A stretch of DNA of 37,607 bases from a virus (Duplodnaviria; Heunggongvirae; Uroviricota; Caudoviricetes), in the IMG/VR virus record IMGVR_UViG_2636415906_000005. One strand, 5' to 3'. Each line of letters opens with the position of its first letter. Within the stretch, counting starts at the first letter, position 1. The position numbers and the translations under genes were made by a program. Shown here piece by piece: positions 16,747 to 25,668 of the stretch. A model generated the notes under the pieces. That model was not told where the DNA came from and searched no databases. It was given only the letters and a program-made list of their open reading frames with translations.

Positions 16747-16962
16747 ATGAAATCCATGGACAAAATTTCAACAGGCATTGCCTACGGCACCTCCGCAGGC
16801 AGTGCTGGCTACTGGTTTTTACAGCTGCTCGATAAAGTCACGCCCTCACAGTGGGCAGCAATAGGTGTGCTGGGTAGCCTGGTATTTGGCCTGCTGACGT
16901 ACCTGACAAACCTTTATTTCAAGATTAAAGAAGACAAGCGTAAGGCTGCACGGGGAGAGTAA
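16747..16962 (+). CDS. Class II holin (phage 21 S-like pinholin) with dual-start motif
   Basis: 71-aa product [71 protein letters not shown], recognised as S21-type pinholin; Met1/Met4 dual start; GGAGGTGAGG ribosome-binding site. Confidence 0.85.
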   Translation: MKSMDKISTGIAYGTSAGSAGYWFLQLLDKVTPSQWAAIGVLGSLVFGLLTYLTNLYFKIKEDKRKAARGE

Positions 16963-16966
16963 TTCA

Positions 16967-17311
16967 ATGACTCAAAAATATGAACTGATTGTGAAAGGGA
17001 TCCGCAATTTTGAGAATAAAGTTACGGTAACTTTAGCGTTACGGGACAAAGAACGCTTTGACGGTGAAATTTTTGACCTGGACATCTCGCTGGACCGTGT
17101 TGAAGGTGCCGCGCTGGAGTTTTATGAGGCAGCAGCCAGAAGGAGCATCAGACAGGTCTTCCTGGATGTTGCTGCCGGGTTATGTGAAGGGGATGAGCTG
17201 TCGCCGGAAAAGCGCCCCATAATTTTAGAGGCGCAGAATGTGTGGATAACCTACAAAGGAAAGCTACCGGGAAGAATTACTGGTTCTCTGAAGACTCCGC
17301 CGAAATGGTAA
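16967..17311 (+). CDS. Hypothetical 114-aa protein inserted between holin and endolysin
   Basis: ATG 5 nt after the holin stop with GGGGAGAG upstream; protein-like composition; no family recognised. Confidence 0.5.
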   Translation: MTQKYELIVKGIRNFENKVTVTLALRDKERFDGEIFDLDISLDRVEGAALEFYEAAARRSIRQVFLDVAAGLCEGDELSPEKRPIILEAQNVWITYKGKLPGRITGSLKTPPKW

Positions 17312-17549
17312 TTTCACCAGCATATTTTTCTTCCAGTAATACCGCCAGCCACTTGAAAGAATTTTGTTGTTGCTGGGACCATTTGGGGTTGAGTGATTCA
17401 AGCTGGAGCGATGCCAGTGTTGGTTGCATTTGTTCCTTGGGAATTGAGAATGCCAGATATGAAAATGCGACAGTAAGGGCATTTACATCATCCCGAAGCT
17501 TGGAAATGCAGTCGAGCAACTCCTGTAGAGAAATGGTGCTATTGTCCAT
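17277..17549 (-). CDS. Hypothetical 90-aa protein, convergent with and 3'-overlapping the preceding gene
   Basis: Minus-strand ATG at 17549 preceded by GAGAGGA about 7 nt upstream; overlaps the 16967-17311 gene by about 35 bp at the 3' ends; a competing plus-strand ORF (17242-17574) exists. Confidence 0.4.
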   Translation of the reverse strand: MDNSTISLQELLDCISKLRDDVNALTVAFSYLAFSIPKEQMQPTLASLQLESLNPKWSQQQQNSFKWLAVLLEEKYAGEITISAESSENQ

Positions 17550-17654
17550 AAACAATCCTCTCTATTGTATTTAACTATTCCTTGCCTGATTCAACAGGCC
17601 GGGACAGATAAACATATCCAGGGTTCAGAAACCGATAAATCCTGATAAATATCC

Positions 17655-18197
17655 ATGAACGTAAAAATCAGATACGGCCTGTCGGCTGCCGTTCTGGCAC
17701 TGATTGCCGTCGGTGCGCCTGCGCCTGATATTCTCGACCAGTTTCTGAATGAAAAAGAAGGTAACCACACAACGGCATACCGCGATGGTTCCGGCATCTG
17801 GACCATCTGTCGGGGTGCCACGGTGGTGGATGGAAAACCCGTTTTTCCCGGTATGAAACTGTCGAAGGAAAAATGCGACCAGGTTAACGCCATTGAACGG
17901 GATAAGGCGCTGGCATGGGTGGAGCGCAATATTAAAGTGCCACTGACCGAACCACAGAAAGCGGGTATAGCGTCATTTTGTCCCTATAACATTGGCCCCG
18001 GTAAGTGTTTCCCGTCGACGTTTTATAAGCGGCTGAATGCCGATGATCGTAAGGGGGCATGCGAGGCGATTCGCTGGTGGATAAAAGATGGTGGGCGTGA
18101 TTGCCGCCTGACAAAAGGGCAGAAGAATGGCTGTTATGGGCAGGTCGAGCGGCGCGATCAGGAAAGCGCACTGGCGTGCTGGGGGCTGGAGCAATGA
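17655..18197 (+). CDS. SAR endolysin (T4-lysozyme-like glycoside hydrolase with N-terminal signal-anchor-release segment)
   Basis: N-terminal hydrophobic segment LSAAVLALIAVGAPAP followed by the catalytic E-x8-D-x5-T triad (EGNHTTAYRDGSGIWT); pairs with the pinholin. Confidence 0.85.
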   Translation: MNVKIRYGLSAAVLALIAVGAPAPDILDQFLNEKEGNHTTAYRDGSGIWTICRGATVVDGKPVFPGMKLSKEKCDQVNAIERDKALAWVERNIKVPLTEPQKAGIASFCPYNIGPGKCFPSTFYKRLNADDRKGACEAIRWWIKDGGRDCRLTKGQKNGCYGQVERRDQESALACWGLEQ

Positions 18198-18730
18198 AAA
18201 TTAATCCGGATCTTATAGGCGTTGTCGTTATTGCTGGCCTTTCGGTCGCTCTCGTCAAGAGTTGCTCTCACGCCAGTAATCTTCAGAGCGATAACGACGT
18301 TCTGCGAAGTGACAACTCTATGCTGGGGCAGGTAATCGCCACCCAGGCATTCAACTTCAATCGATTCAATCAGGTTGCAGAACATGCCAACAGTCTTAAC
18401 TCCCTGATCGACACCAGCACCGAAAAAACCGTAATCGAATACCGGGAGATTCTCCGCCGTGAAAAAACCTGTGATCTGCCTGTTCCTGCTGATATCGCTG
18501 GTGGGTTGCTCGAATACACGTACCGTTTACGTGCCAGCGCCATGCACACCGATACCGGCAGACCTAATGAAGCCTATGATCGTACCGCTACCACCAGCTC
18601 AATGACCTACTGCCAAGCTGTCTTGTGGATTAAGCCGCTACTGGCGTTGATAGAAAAAGGAAATAATAATTTTTCGAGTATTCGTGAAATTGATGAGTTG
18701 CGTTACAGACCATCTGAGCATGGCCAGTAA
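18194..18730 (+). CDS. Inner-membrane spanin Rz (i-spanin)
   Basis: ATG overlaps the endolysin stop (ATGA); N-terminal transmembrane segment VVVIAGLSVALV followed by a predicted coiled-coil region; standard position. Confidence 0.75.
   Translation: MKINPDLIGVVVIAGLSVALVKSCSHASNLQSDNDVLRSDNSMLGQVIATQAFNFNRFNQVAEHANSLNSLIDTSTEKTVIEYREILRREKTCDLPVPADIAGGLLEYTYRLRASAMHTDTGRPNEAYDRTATTSSMTYCQAVLWIKPLLALIEKGNNNFSSIREIDELRYRPSEHGQ
18459..18605 (+). CDS. Outer-membrane lipoprotein spanin Rz1 (o-spanin), embedded in Rz in the +1 frame
   Basis: 48-aa hand translation from GTG: MKKPVICLFLLISLVGCSNTRTVYVPAPCTPIPADLMKPMIVPLPPAQ, with lipobox LVGC and a Pro-rich mature part; absent from the ORF track because it is under 60 aa. 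Confidence 0.6.
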   Translation: MKKPVICLFLLISLVGCSNTRTVYVPAPCTPIPADLMKPMIVPLPPAQ

Positions 18731-18805
18731 GGTTGCAGGAAATTTAAAATCTGGCGATGAAATTTAATATTAGAAATTCATTGCCTAGTGAGATTAATAA
18801 TGGGC

Positions 18806-18847
18806 ATCCCTTTGTGACGATAAGCTTTAACACATTCACAAAGGGAT
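18806..18847. repeat. 12-bp perfect inverted repeat ATCCCTTTGTGA / TCACAAAGGGAT between convergent Rz and the minus-strand cargo gene (likely bidirectional terminator)
   Basis: Read directly from the sequence; lies between the 3' ends of convergent genes. Confidence 0.55.
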
Positions 18848-18898
18848 ATTTAATATAGGGTGGTTAATTCCCACTTGCTGTGGTGTTTAGGGGGTAAT

Positions 18899-19591
18899 TC
18901 AAATCTTATCTAACTCATTATAGGCTTCGATAATAAAAATTCTGATTTTAATAAGGCATGATTCAATGAAAGGAATTACTTCATGGTCATTCCCATGGAA
19001 TCTTATTTTTTTCTCTTCGGTAATGACTATGTTTAAAGGTACACCATTACCACTTCTTTGTAATTTCCCATTTTCGAAAGTAAAGTCTTCTAATTTTTTG
19101 CCATTGATGTGGTTGTTTTTAAAGAGAATTTTTGCTGAGCTTCCTGCTGTGATTAAACCAAAACCATCTACGCTCACACTTAGGTCTTTAACAGAACTCT
19201 CTTCTCTTAAGGGGATTGGTTGTCTGTGCTTTACTTCATTAGTGAGATTACACATCATTTCCAACCAAGATTCGCCAGTGTGATAATCCTGTATAGAAGT
19301 AAAAATTTTATATAATGGAGAAGATGATGGTGGGTTTATTTTTAGCGTCTTTGAGAAAAATTTATCAATAAACTCTTTTTTTCCGTAAGGGAAATATATT
19401 TTGGGGCGCTCATCATTACTGCGTGGAGAAATATATTTATCATAGGTATCATTAGCGAGATACTCTAAGGAACTTCGTAAGTTTTCCAAAATAGCTTTGA
19501 CTTTTACAGGCTTGATATGCTGTGTCTGTCTCATTATGTCAAGACTTTCTTCAACTTCTTGCAATAAGTCCAACGAGCCTTCTCTAGACAT
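18899..19591 (-). CDS. Hypothetical 230-aa protein, AT-rich minus-strand cargo gene in the bor-equivalent position (candidate accessory/defense gene)
   Basis: Long ORF on the strand opposite all neighbouring late genes, with AAGGAG about 9 nt upstream of the ATG on the minus strand and visibly low GC; no recognised family. Confidence 0.65.
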   Translation of the reverse strand: MSREGSLDLLQEVEESLDIMRQTQHIKPVKVKAILENLRSSLEYLANDTYDKYISPRSNDERPKIYFPYGKKEFIDKFFSKTLKINPPSSSPLYKIFTSIQDYHTGESWLEMMCNLTNEVKHRQPIPLREESSVKDLSVSVDGFGLITAGSSAKILFKNNHINGKKLEDFTFENGKLQRSGNGVPLNIVITEEKKIRFHGNDHEVIPFIESCLIKIRIFIIEAYNELDKI

Positions 19592-19969
19592 ACAGGTAAT
19601 TCTCCTTTATGAATTTTCAACATGTTATAACTAATAATATATTTATCATATAACTGTATGAATAAATTGTGAGATTAGTAATGCAAGTTTCTATCCATAG
19701 TGTTCTCTAAGTACCCGCTTCCATCATGTTGTTACGGACGGTATGGCTAAAACAAAGCACCTGAAGTTAAACGTTCTGAACTTTATGCTCGTTGAGCATA
19801 TGAATTATCTGTAACCCGATGCGCTGGTTGTGGTTCACATTGATGGTCGTAATCAGCAGCGGTGGTGCCTGATGGCATGCAACTTCTTACTTATAAAACT
19901 TCGTATGGAATTGTTGCCATAACGAGCCCAGCTTAGCAGTTTTTAATGGGTCCTCCCGGCAGTGTGTCC

Positions 19970-20060
19970 TGCCACGGGGCGGGAGCGTCGCGGAAAAAGG
20001 CTAGTTTTTGAAATTTCATTCGTCATCACCACTACTGTAATGTATTGATATTACAGTGGT
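19970..20060 (+). other. cos-like region (cosN/cosB candidate) upstream of the terminase small subunit
   Basis: GGGGCGGGAGCGTCGCGG resembles the lambda cosN core GGGCGGCGACCTCGCGGG as I recall it; followed by CATTCGTCAT and the palindrome CTGTAAT-N9-ATTACAG. Coordinates approximate. Confidence 0.35.
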
Positions 20061-20162
20061 TTTATTTTTGTGGTGTCGATTTTGATTGTTTTTTGTTCAT
20101 CACTAACACCGTTTGCCTAAAGTTGTTCGCAAGATGCATGTTTAAAACATTCTGGAGCGGGT

Positions 20163-20657
20163 ATGGATCGAGAGTTAAAAAATCTGACGCTGAATATCAG
20201 TCAACTGGCGGCTCTGTCAGGTGTACATCGCCAGACTGCTGCGGCAAGGCTGCAAAATCTACCCGTTGCAGGGGGGCATGAAAGCAACCTCAAGCTTTAT
20301 CGGGTGGTTGATATTGTGTCGGCATTTCTGGCATTACCACCGCCGGTTGCAGAAGGCGAAATGGACGCGCATGAGCGCAAAGCCTGGTATCAGTCTGAAC
20401 GTGAGCGTCTTAAGTTCGAACAGGAAACGGCACAACTCATTCCGGCCAGTGATGTCAGACGGGAGTTTGCCATCTGGGCAAAAGCGGTCGTGCAGGTGCT
20501 GGAGACATTACCGGATATTCTTGAACGTGACTGCGGTCTGCAGCCTGCCGCTGTGAGCCGTGTTCAGTCCATTATTGATGATCTGCGCGATCAGATAGCC
20601 CTGCGGGTGACCGAAGCAGGTGCGGATGATGAGGAGGAATTACAGCGGGAGGAGTAA
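20163..20657 (+). CDS. Terminase small subunit (Nu1-like)
   Basis: 164-aa product with an N-terminal helix-turn-helix (LNISQLAALSGVHRQTAAARL) and an acidic C-terminus; immediately precedes, and overlaps the start of, the large subunit. Confidence 0.8.
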   Translation: MDRELKNLTLNISQLAALSGVHRQTAAARLQNLPVAGGHESNLKLYRVVDIVSAFLALPPPVAEGEMDAHERKAWYQSERERLKFEQETAQLIPASDVRREFAIWAKAVVQVLETLPDILERDCGLQPAAVSRVQSIIDDLRDQIALRVTEAGADDEEELQREE

Positions 20658-22759
20658 TGCTGAATCAGGAAACCGCAAAGGCAGCACGAACCGATTCAGG
20701 TTATATCCTTCGCGCACCGAGACGAATGCGGGTTGCTGATGCCGTTGCTCAGTATATGCGGGTGCCCATGGGGGCAGGGAACTCAGTCCCGTGGGATCCG
20801 CTGGTGGCACCGTATGTTATTGAGCCGATGAACTGCCTGGCCTCGCGTGAATACGACGCAGTGATATTTGTTGGCCCGGCACGAACCGGCAAGACTATCG
20901 GCCTGATTGACGGCTGGGTGATTTACAACGTGATTTGCGATCCTGCTGATATGCTGATCATACAGATGACGGAGGAAAAAGCCCGCGAACACTCCAAAAA
21001 ACGACTCGCCAGAACGTTTCGCGTCAGCCCGGAAGTGGTCAGTCGCCTGAGTCCGAACAAAAATGACAACAACGTTTATGACAGAACATTCCTTGCTGGT
21101 AACTACCTGAAAATCGGCTGGCCGTCAGTCAATATCATGTCCTCATCAGATTATAAATGCGTCGCGCTGACGGATTATGACCGTTTTCCGGAAGATATTG
21201 ATGGCGAGGGGGATGCTTTCTCTCTTGCCTCAAAACGTACCACAACATTTATGTCCAGTGGTATGACGCTTGTGGAGAGTTCCCCCGGCAGGGATGTGAA
21301 GGATGTGAAATGGCGACGGACTTCACCGCATGAGGCTCCACCAACCACGGGGATACTGTCGCTCTATAACCGTGGCGATCGCCGTCGCTGGTACTGGCCT
21401 TGTCCACACTGTGGTGAGTATTTTCAGCCCTGCGGCGATGTGGTTGCTGGTTTCCGTGATATTGCCGATCCCGTGCTGGCAAGTGAGGCGGCTTATATTC
21501 AGTGTCCTTCCTGTTCAGGACGGATTATGCCTGAACAAAAACGTGAGCTGAACGGACGTGGGGTCTGGTTGCGGGATGGTGAATCCATCAATGCGGATGG
21601 CAGTCGTTATGGTGATCCCCGACGCTCACGTATTGCGTCATTCTGGATGGAGGGTCCGGCAGCTGCTTACCAGACACTCTCGCAACTCGTTTACAAACTG
21701 CTTACTGCAGAACAGGAATACGAGACAACCGGAAGTGAAGAAACACTCAAGACGGTTATCAATACCGACTGGGGATTACCTTATCTTCCCCGCGCCAGCA
21801 TGGAGCAACGAAAAAGTGAACTGCTTGAGCAGCGGGCAGAGCCAGTTCCTTCCCGCAGTGTGCCGGATGGCGTTAATTTCCTTGTGGCGACAGTGGATGT
21901 GCAGGCGGGACGTCATCGCCGTTTTGTGGTTCAGGTAACGGGCTATGGCAGCCGTGGCGAACGCTGGATTATTGATCGTTACAACATCACGCAGTCATTG
22001 CGCGGTGACAGCGACGGGGAGAGCCAGCGAATTGATCCGGCCAGCTATCCGGAAGACTGGGATGTCCTGCTGACGGATGTTTTTCATAAAAGCTGGCCGC
22101 TGGCCTCCGATCCTTCTCAACAAATGCGACTGATGGCAATGGCGGTGGACTCCGGCGGTGAAGACGGGGTCACTGATAATGCCTATAAATTCTGGCGTCG
22201 TTGCCGTCGTGATGGCCTTGGTAAACGTATTTACCTGTTTAAGGGCGACAGCATCCGGCGCGCAAAACTGATCACCCGTACATTCCCTGATAACACCGGA
22301 CGAACGGGCCGACGGGCGCAGGCCGCAGGTGATGTGCCGCTCTGGCTTCTTCAGACGGATGCACTGAAAGACCGGGTGAATAACGCGTTATGGCGTGACT
22401 CGCCAGGTCCCGGCTATGTGCATTTCCCTGACTGGCTGGGGAGTTGGTTTTACGACGAACTGACGTATGAAGAGCGGAGCAGTGACGGGAAATGGAGTAA
22501 GCCAGGTCGCGGTGCCAACGAAGCTTTTGACCTGATGGTGTATGCCGAGGCTCTGGTCATTCTGCATGGATACGAAAAGATCCGCTGGCCGGATGCACCG
22601 GAGTGGGCGAGCCGGGAAACCTGGCTGGAGTGTGTCCCGGACAGTACCGAACCGTCACCCACACCGGAACCGGTATCCACGCCTGTTAAAAAACAAAAAC
22701 GGAAGAAAACAGTAACTGACGATGTTAACCCCTGGCTGACTTCCGGAGGATGGTTATGA
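20657..22759 (+). CDS. Terminase large subunit (lambda gpA-like)
   Basis: 700-aa ORF with a Walker A-like GPARTGKT motif and overall lambda A-like organisation. Confidence 0.9.
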   Translation: MLNQETAKAARTDSGYILRAPRRMRVADAVAQYMRVPMGAGNSVPWDPLVAPYVIEPMNCLASREYDAVIFVGPARTGKTIGLIDGWVIYNVICDPADMLIIQMTEEKAREHSKKRLARTFRVSPEVVSRLSPNKNDNNVYDRTFLAGNYLKIGWPSVNIMSSSDYKCVALTDYDRFPEDIDGEGDAFSLASKRTTTFMSSGMTLVESSPGRDVKDVKWRRTSPHEAPPTTGILSLYNRGDRRRWYWPCPHCGEYFQPCGDVVAGFRDIADPVLASEAAYIQCPSCSGRIMPEQKRELNGRGVWLRDGESINADGSRYGDPRRSRIASFWMEGPAAAYQTLSQLVYKLLTAEQEYETTGSEETLKTVINTDWGLPYLPRASMEQRKSELLEQRAEPVPSRSVPDGVNFLVATVDVQAGRHRRFVVQVTGYGSRGERWIIDRYNITQSLRGDSDGESQRIDPASYPEDWDVLLTDVFHKSWPLASDPSQQMRLMAMAVDSGGEDGVTDNAYKFWRRCRRDGLGKRIYLFKGDSIRRAKLITRTFPDNTGRTGRRAQAAGDVPLWLLQTDALKDRVNNALWRDSPGPGYVHFPDWLGSWFYDELTYEERSSDGKWSKPGRGANEAFDLMVYAEALVILHGYEKIRWPDAPEWASRETWLECVPDSTEPSPTPEPVSTPVKKQKRKKTVTDDVNPWLTSGGWL

Positions 22760-22968
22760 ACCAGAATGATATCGAAGCCATGATTCAGCGTTATACGGAA
22801 GCTGAAATGGCGGTGCTGGACGGAAAATCCGTCACCTTTAATGGTCAGCAGATGACCATGGAAAACTTATCTGAGATCCGGCAGGGGCGGCAGGAGTGGG
22901 AGCGCCGCCTTGCGGCTCTGATTACACGACGACGGGGGCATCCCGGGTACCGGCTGGCGAGGTTCTGA
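22756..22968 (+). CDS. Head-tail joining protein (gpW-like)
   Basis: 70-aa product ending ...RRLAALITRRRGHPGYRLARF, similar to the lambda gpW C-terminus; ATG overlaps the terminase stop. Confidence 0.7.
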   Translation: MNQNDIEAMIQRYTEAEMAVLDGKSVTFNGQQMTMENLSEIRQGRQEWERRLAALITRRRGHPGYRLARF

Positions 22969-24476
22969 TGGCAATTCTTGATGATGTGATTGGCGTTTTT
23001 TCACCAGGATGGAAAGCGGCAAGGCTGCGTTCCCGTGCGGTGATCCAGGCTTATGAGGCCGTAAAAACGACGCGGACACACAAAGCCCGGCGGGAAAACC
23101 GAACTGCCGACCAGTTAAGCCAGTACGGGGCCGTGTCGTTACGTGAGCAGGCCCGTTACCTTGATAACAACCACGATCTGGTCATTGGTGTATTTGACAA
23201 GCTGGAAGAACGGGTGGTGGGGAAAAACGGGATTATTGTCGAGCCACATCCGGTATTACGCAATGGGGCCATTGCCCGTGACCTGGCTGCGGAGATTCGC
23301 ACCCGATGGAGTGAATGGTCTGTCAGCCCGGAAGTCACCGGGCAGTTTACCCGTCCGATGCTGGAACGTCTGATGCTGCGTACCTGGCTGCGCGATGGTG
23401 AGGTGTTTGTCCAGATGGTTTCCGGGCGCATAAACAGCCTGACGCCTTCTGCCGGTGTTCATTTCTGGCTGGAGGCACTCGAGCCGGACTTTATTCCCAT
23501 GACCAGTGATGAGAGCAACAGGCTGAATCAGGGCGTGTTTGTTGATGACTGGGGGCGTCCCGAAAAATATCTGGTGTATAAAAGTCGTCCCGTATCCGGA
23601 CGGCAGATGGAAACCAAAGAAGTGGATGCAGAGCGAATGCTGCATCTTAAATTTGTTCGCCGTCTGCACCAGATGCGCGGGACGTCTTTGTTGTCCGGTG
23701 TGCTGATCCGCCTCAGTGCCCTGAAAGAGTATGAAGATTCTGAGCTGACTGCAGCAAGGATCGCCGCTGCTCTGGGGATGTACATCCGGAAAGGCGACGG
23801 GCAGAGCTATGAACCGGATGGTAATGGCAGCAAGGATAAGGAACGCGAGCTTACCATTCAGCCAGGCATTATTTACGACGATCTGAAACCCGGCGAAGAA
23901 ATCGGAATGGTGAAGTCGGATCGTCCCAATCCTAACCTTGAAACTTTTCGTAATGGTCAGTTGCGTGCCGTGGCGGCGGGCAGTCGTCTGAGTTTTTCCA
24001 GTACGGCACGCAACTATAACGGCACTTACAGCGCCCAGCGTCAGGAGCTGGTTGAATCCACTGATGGCTACCTGATCCTGCAGGACTGGTTTATTGGTGC
24101 CGTCACCCGCCCGATGTATCGTGCCTGGCTGAAACAGGCTGTGGCATCCGGTGTTATCAGGCTACCCCGCGATCTTGACCGTTCTTCACTGTATACCGCG
24201 GTGTATTCCGGACCGGTGATGCCGTGGATTGACCCTGTTAAGGAGGCTGAGGCCTGGAAAATTCAGATTCGTGGTGGAGCAGCGACAGAATCAGACTGGG
24301 TACGTGCAGGTGGTCGTAATCCGGATGATGTCAAACGTCGGCGCAAGGCCGAAATTGATGAAAACCGCACGCTGGATCTGGTATTTGATACCGATCCGGC
24401 CAGTGATAAAGGAGGCAGCAGTGCCGCAACGAAACGACAGGAGCCGCAGCACACCGACGACCAGTCCGAAGAATAA
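22968..24476 (+). CDS. Portal protein (lambda gpB-like)
   Basis: About 502-aa product from MAILDDVIGVFSPGWKAARLRSRAVIQAYEAVKTTRTHKARRENRTADQL..., recognised as lambda-like portal; ATG overlaps the W stop. Confidence 0.9.
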   Translation: MAILDDVIGVFSPGWKAARLRSRAVIQAYEAVKTTRTHKARRENRTADQLSQYGAVSLREQARYLDNNHDLVIGVFDKLEERVVGKNGIIVEPHPVLRNGAIARDLAAEIRTRWSEWSVSPEVTGQFTRPMLERLMLRTWLRDGEVFVQMVSGRINSLTPSAGVHFWLEALEPDFIPMTSDESNRLNQGVFVDDWGRPEKYLVYKSRPVSGRQMETKEVDAERMLHLKFVRRLHQMRGTSLLSGVLIRLSALKEYEDSELTAARIAAALGMYIRKGDGQSYEPDGNGSKDKERELTIQPGIIYDDLKPGEEIGMVKSDRPNPNLETFRNGQLRAVAAGSRLSFSSTARNYNGTYSAQRQELVESTDGYLILQDWFIGAVTRPMYRAWLKQAVASGVIRLPRDLDRSSLYTAVYSGPVMPWIDPVKEAEAWKIQIRGGAATESDWVRAGGRNPDDVKRRRKAEIDENRTLDLVFDTDPASDKGGSSAATKRQEPQHTDDQSEE

Positions 24477-24489
24477 TTCCTGGTTCAGG

Positions 24490-25668
24490 ATGCAGGCTGG
24501 TCACCAGAGTGACGCGGATATTTATATTTATGACGAGATTGGTTTCTGGGGTGTTACAGCGAAGCAGTTTATCAGTGATCTGAATGCACTGGGCGATATC
24601 ACCCACATTAATCTCCATATCAATTCACCGGGTGGCGATGTCTTTGAAGGCATCGCCATTTTTAATGCACTGAAAACACATGGTGCGTCCATTACCGTTT
24701 ATGTCGACGGTGTGGCGGCGTCAATGGCGTCGGTCATTGCGATGGTGGGAAACCCGGTCATTATGCCGGAAAACACCTTCATGATGATTCATAAACCATT
24801 TGGCTTTACGGGCGGTGATGCGGAGGACATGCGCACCTATGCCGACCTGCTCGATAAGGTTGAGGCGGTTCTGTTACCCGCTTATGCACAGAAAACCGGG
24901 AAAACCACCGATGAAATTGCTGCCATGCTGGCGGATGAGACCTGGATGTCCGGTGCCGAATGTCTGGCACATGGATTTGCTGATCAGGTGACGCCAGCCG
25001 TTAAGGCAATGGCATGTATTCAGTCAAAACGTACAGAGGAATTTAAAAAGATGCCGGAATCCATTCGAAACATGATTACTCCGCCACGCAACAGTGCTCC
25101 ACGCGTACAGGATGATGAACCTGCAGCCTCCCGGACGCCAGTGCAGGCAGCAGCACCCGTGGTGGATGAAAACAGTATCCGTGCGCAGGTACTGGCAGAG
25201 CAAAAAGCGCGTGTAAACGGTATTAATGATCTGTTTGCCATGTTTGGCGGGCGTTATCAGACGCTGCAGGCTCAGTGTCTTGCCGATCCTGAATGTTCGC
25301 TGGAGCAGGCCCGCGAAAAGCTGTTGAACGAGATGGGGCGCGAGTCCACGCCATCCAATAAAAATACACCGGCTCATATTTATGCCGGTAATCTGGAGGC
25401 CACAGGGCTGTATCAGGTGCCGTTGTCAGCGGCGCAGCCGGGCGATGTGCTGCTGTGCTGTTTTGGTTCATCGGTGCCGAATCATGCCGCCATTTACTGT
25501 GGCGACGGCGGGCTGCTGCACCATATTCCTGAACAACTGAGCAAACGAGAGAGGTATACCGACAAATGGCAGCGACGCACACACTCCCTCTGGCGTCACC
25601 GGGCATGGCGCGCATCTGCCTTTACGGGGATTTACAACGATTTGGCCGCCGCATCGATCTGCGTGTGA
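24490..25668 (+). pseudogene. Chimeric ORF: head maturation protease (gpC-like, ClpP/S49 fold) N-terminal part fused in frame to a tail assembly protein K-like (NlpC/P60-type) C-terminal fragment; scar of a head/tail gene deletion
   Basis: The N-terminal 200 aa carry ClpP/S49-like motifs (INSPGGDVFEGIAIFNALK ... VAASMASVIAMVG ... MIHKP). The C-terminal 90 aa (QPGDVLLCCFGSSVPNHAAIYCGDGGLLHHIPEQ...) look like the NlpC/P60-type end of lambda K. It is followed directly by gpI and gpJ, with no scaffold, capsid, tail tube or tape-measure genes in between. Confidence 0.6.
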
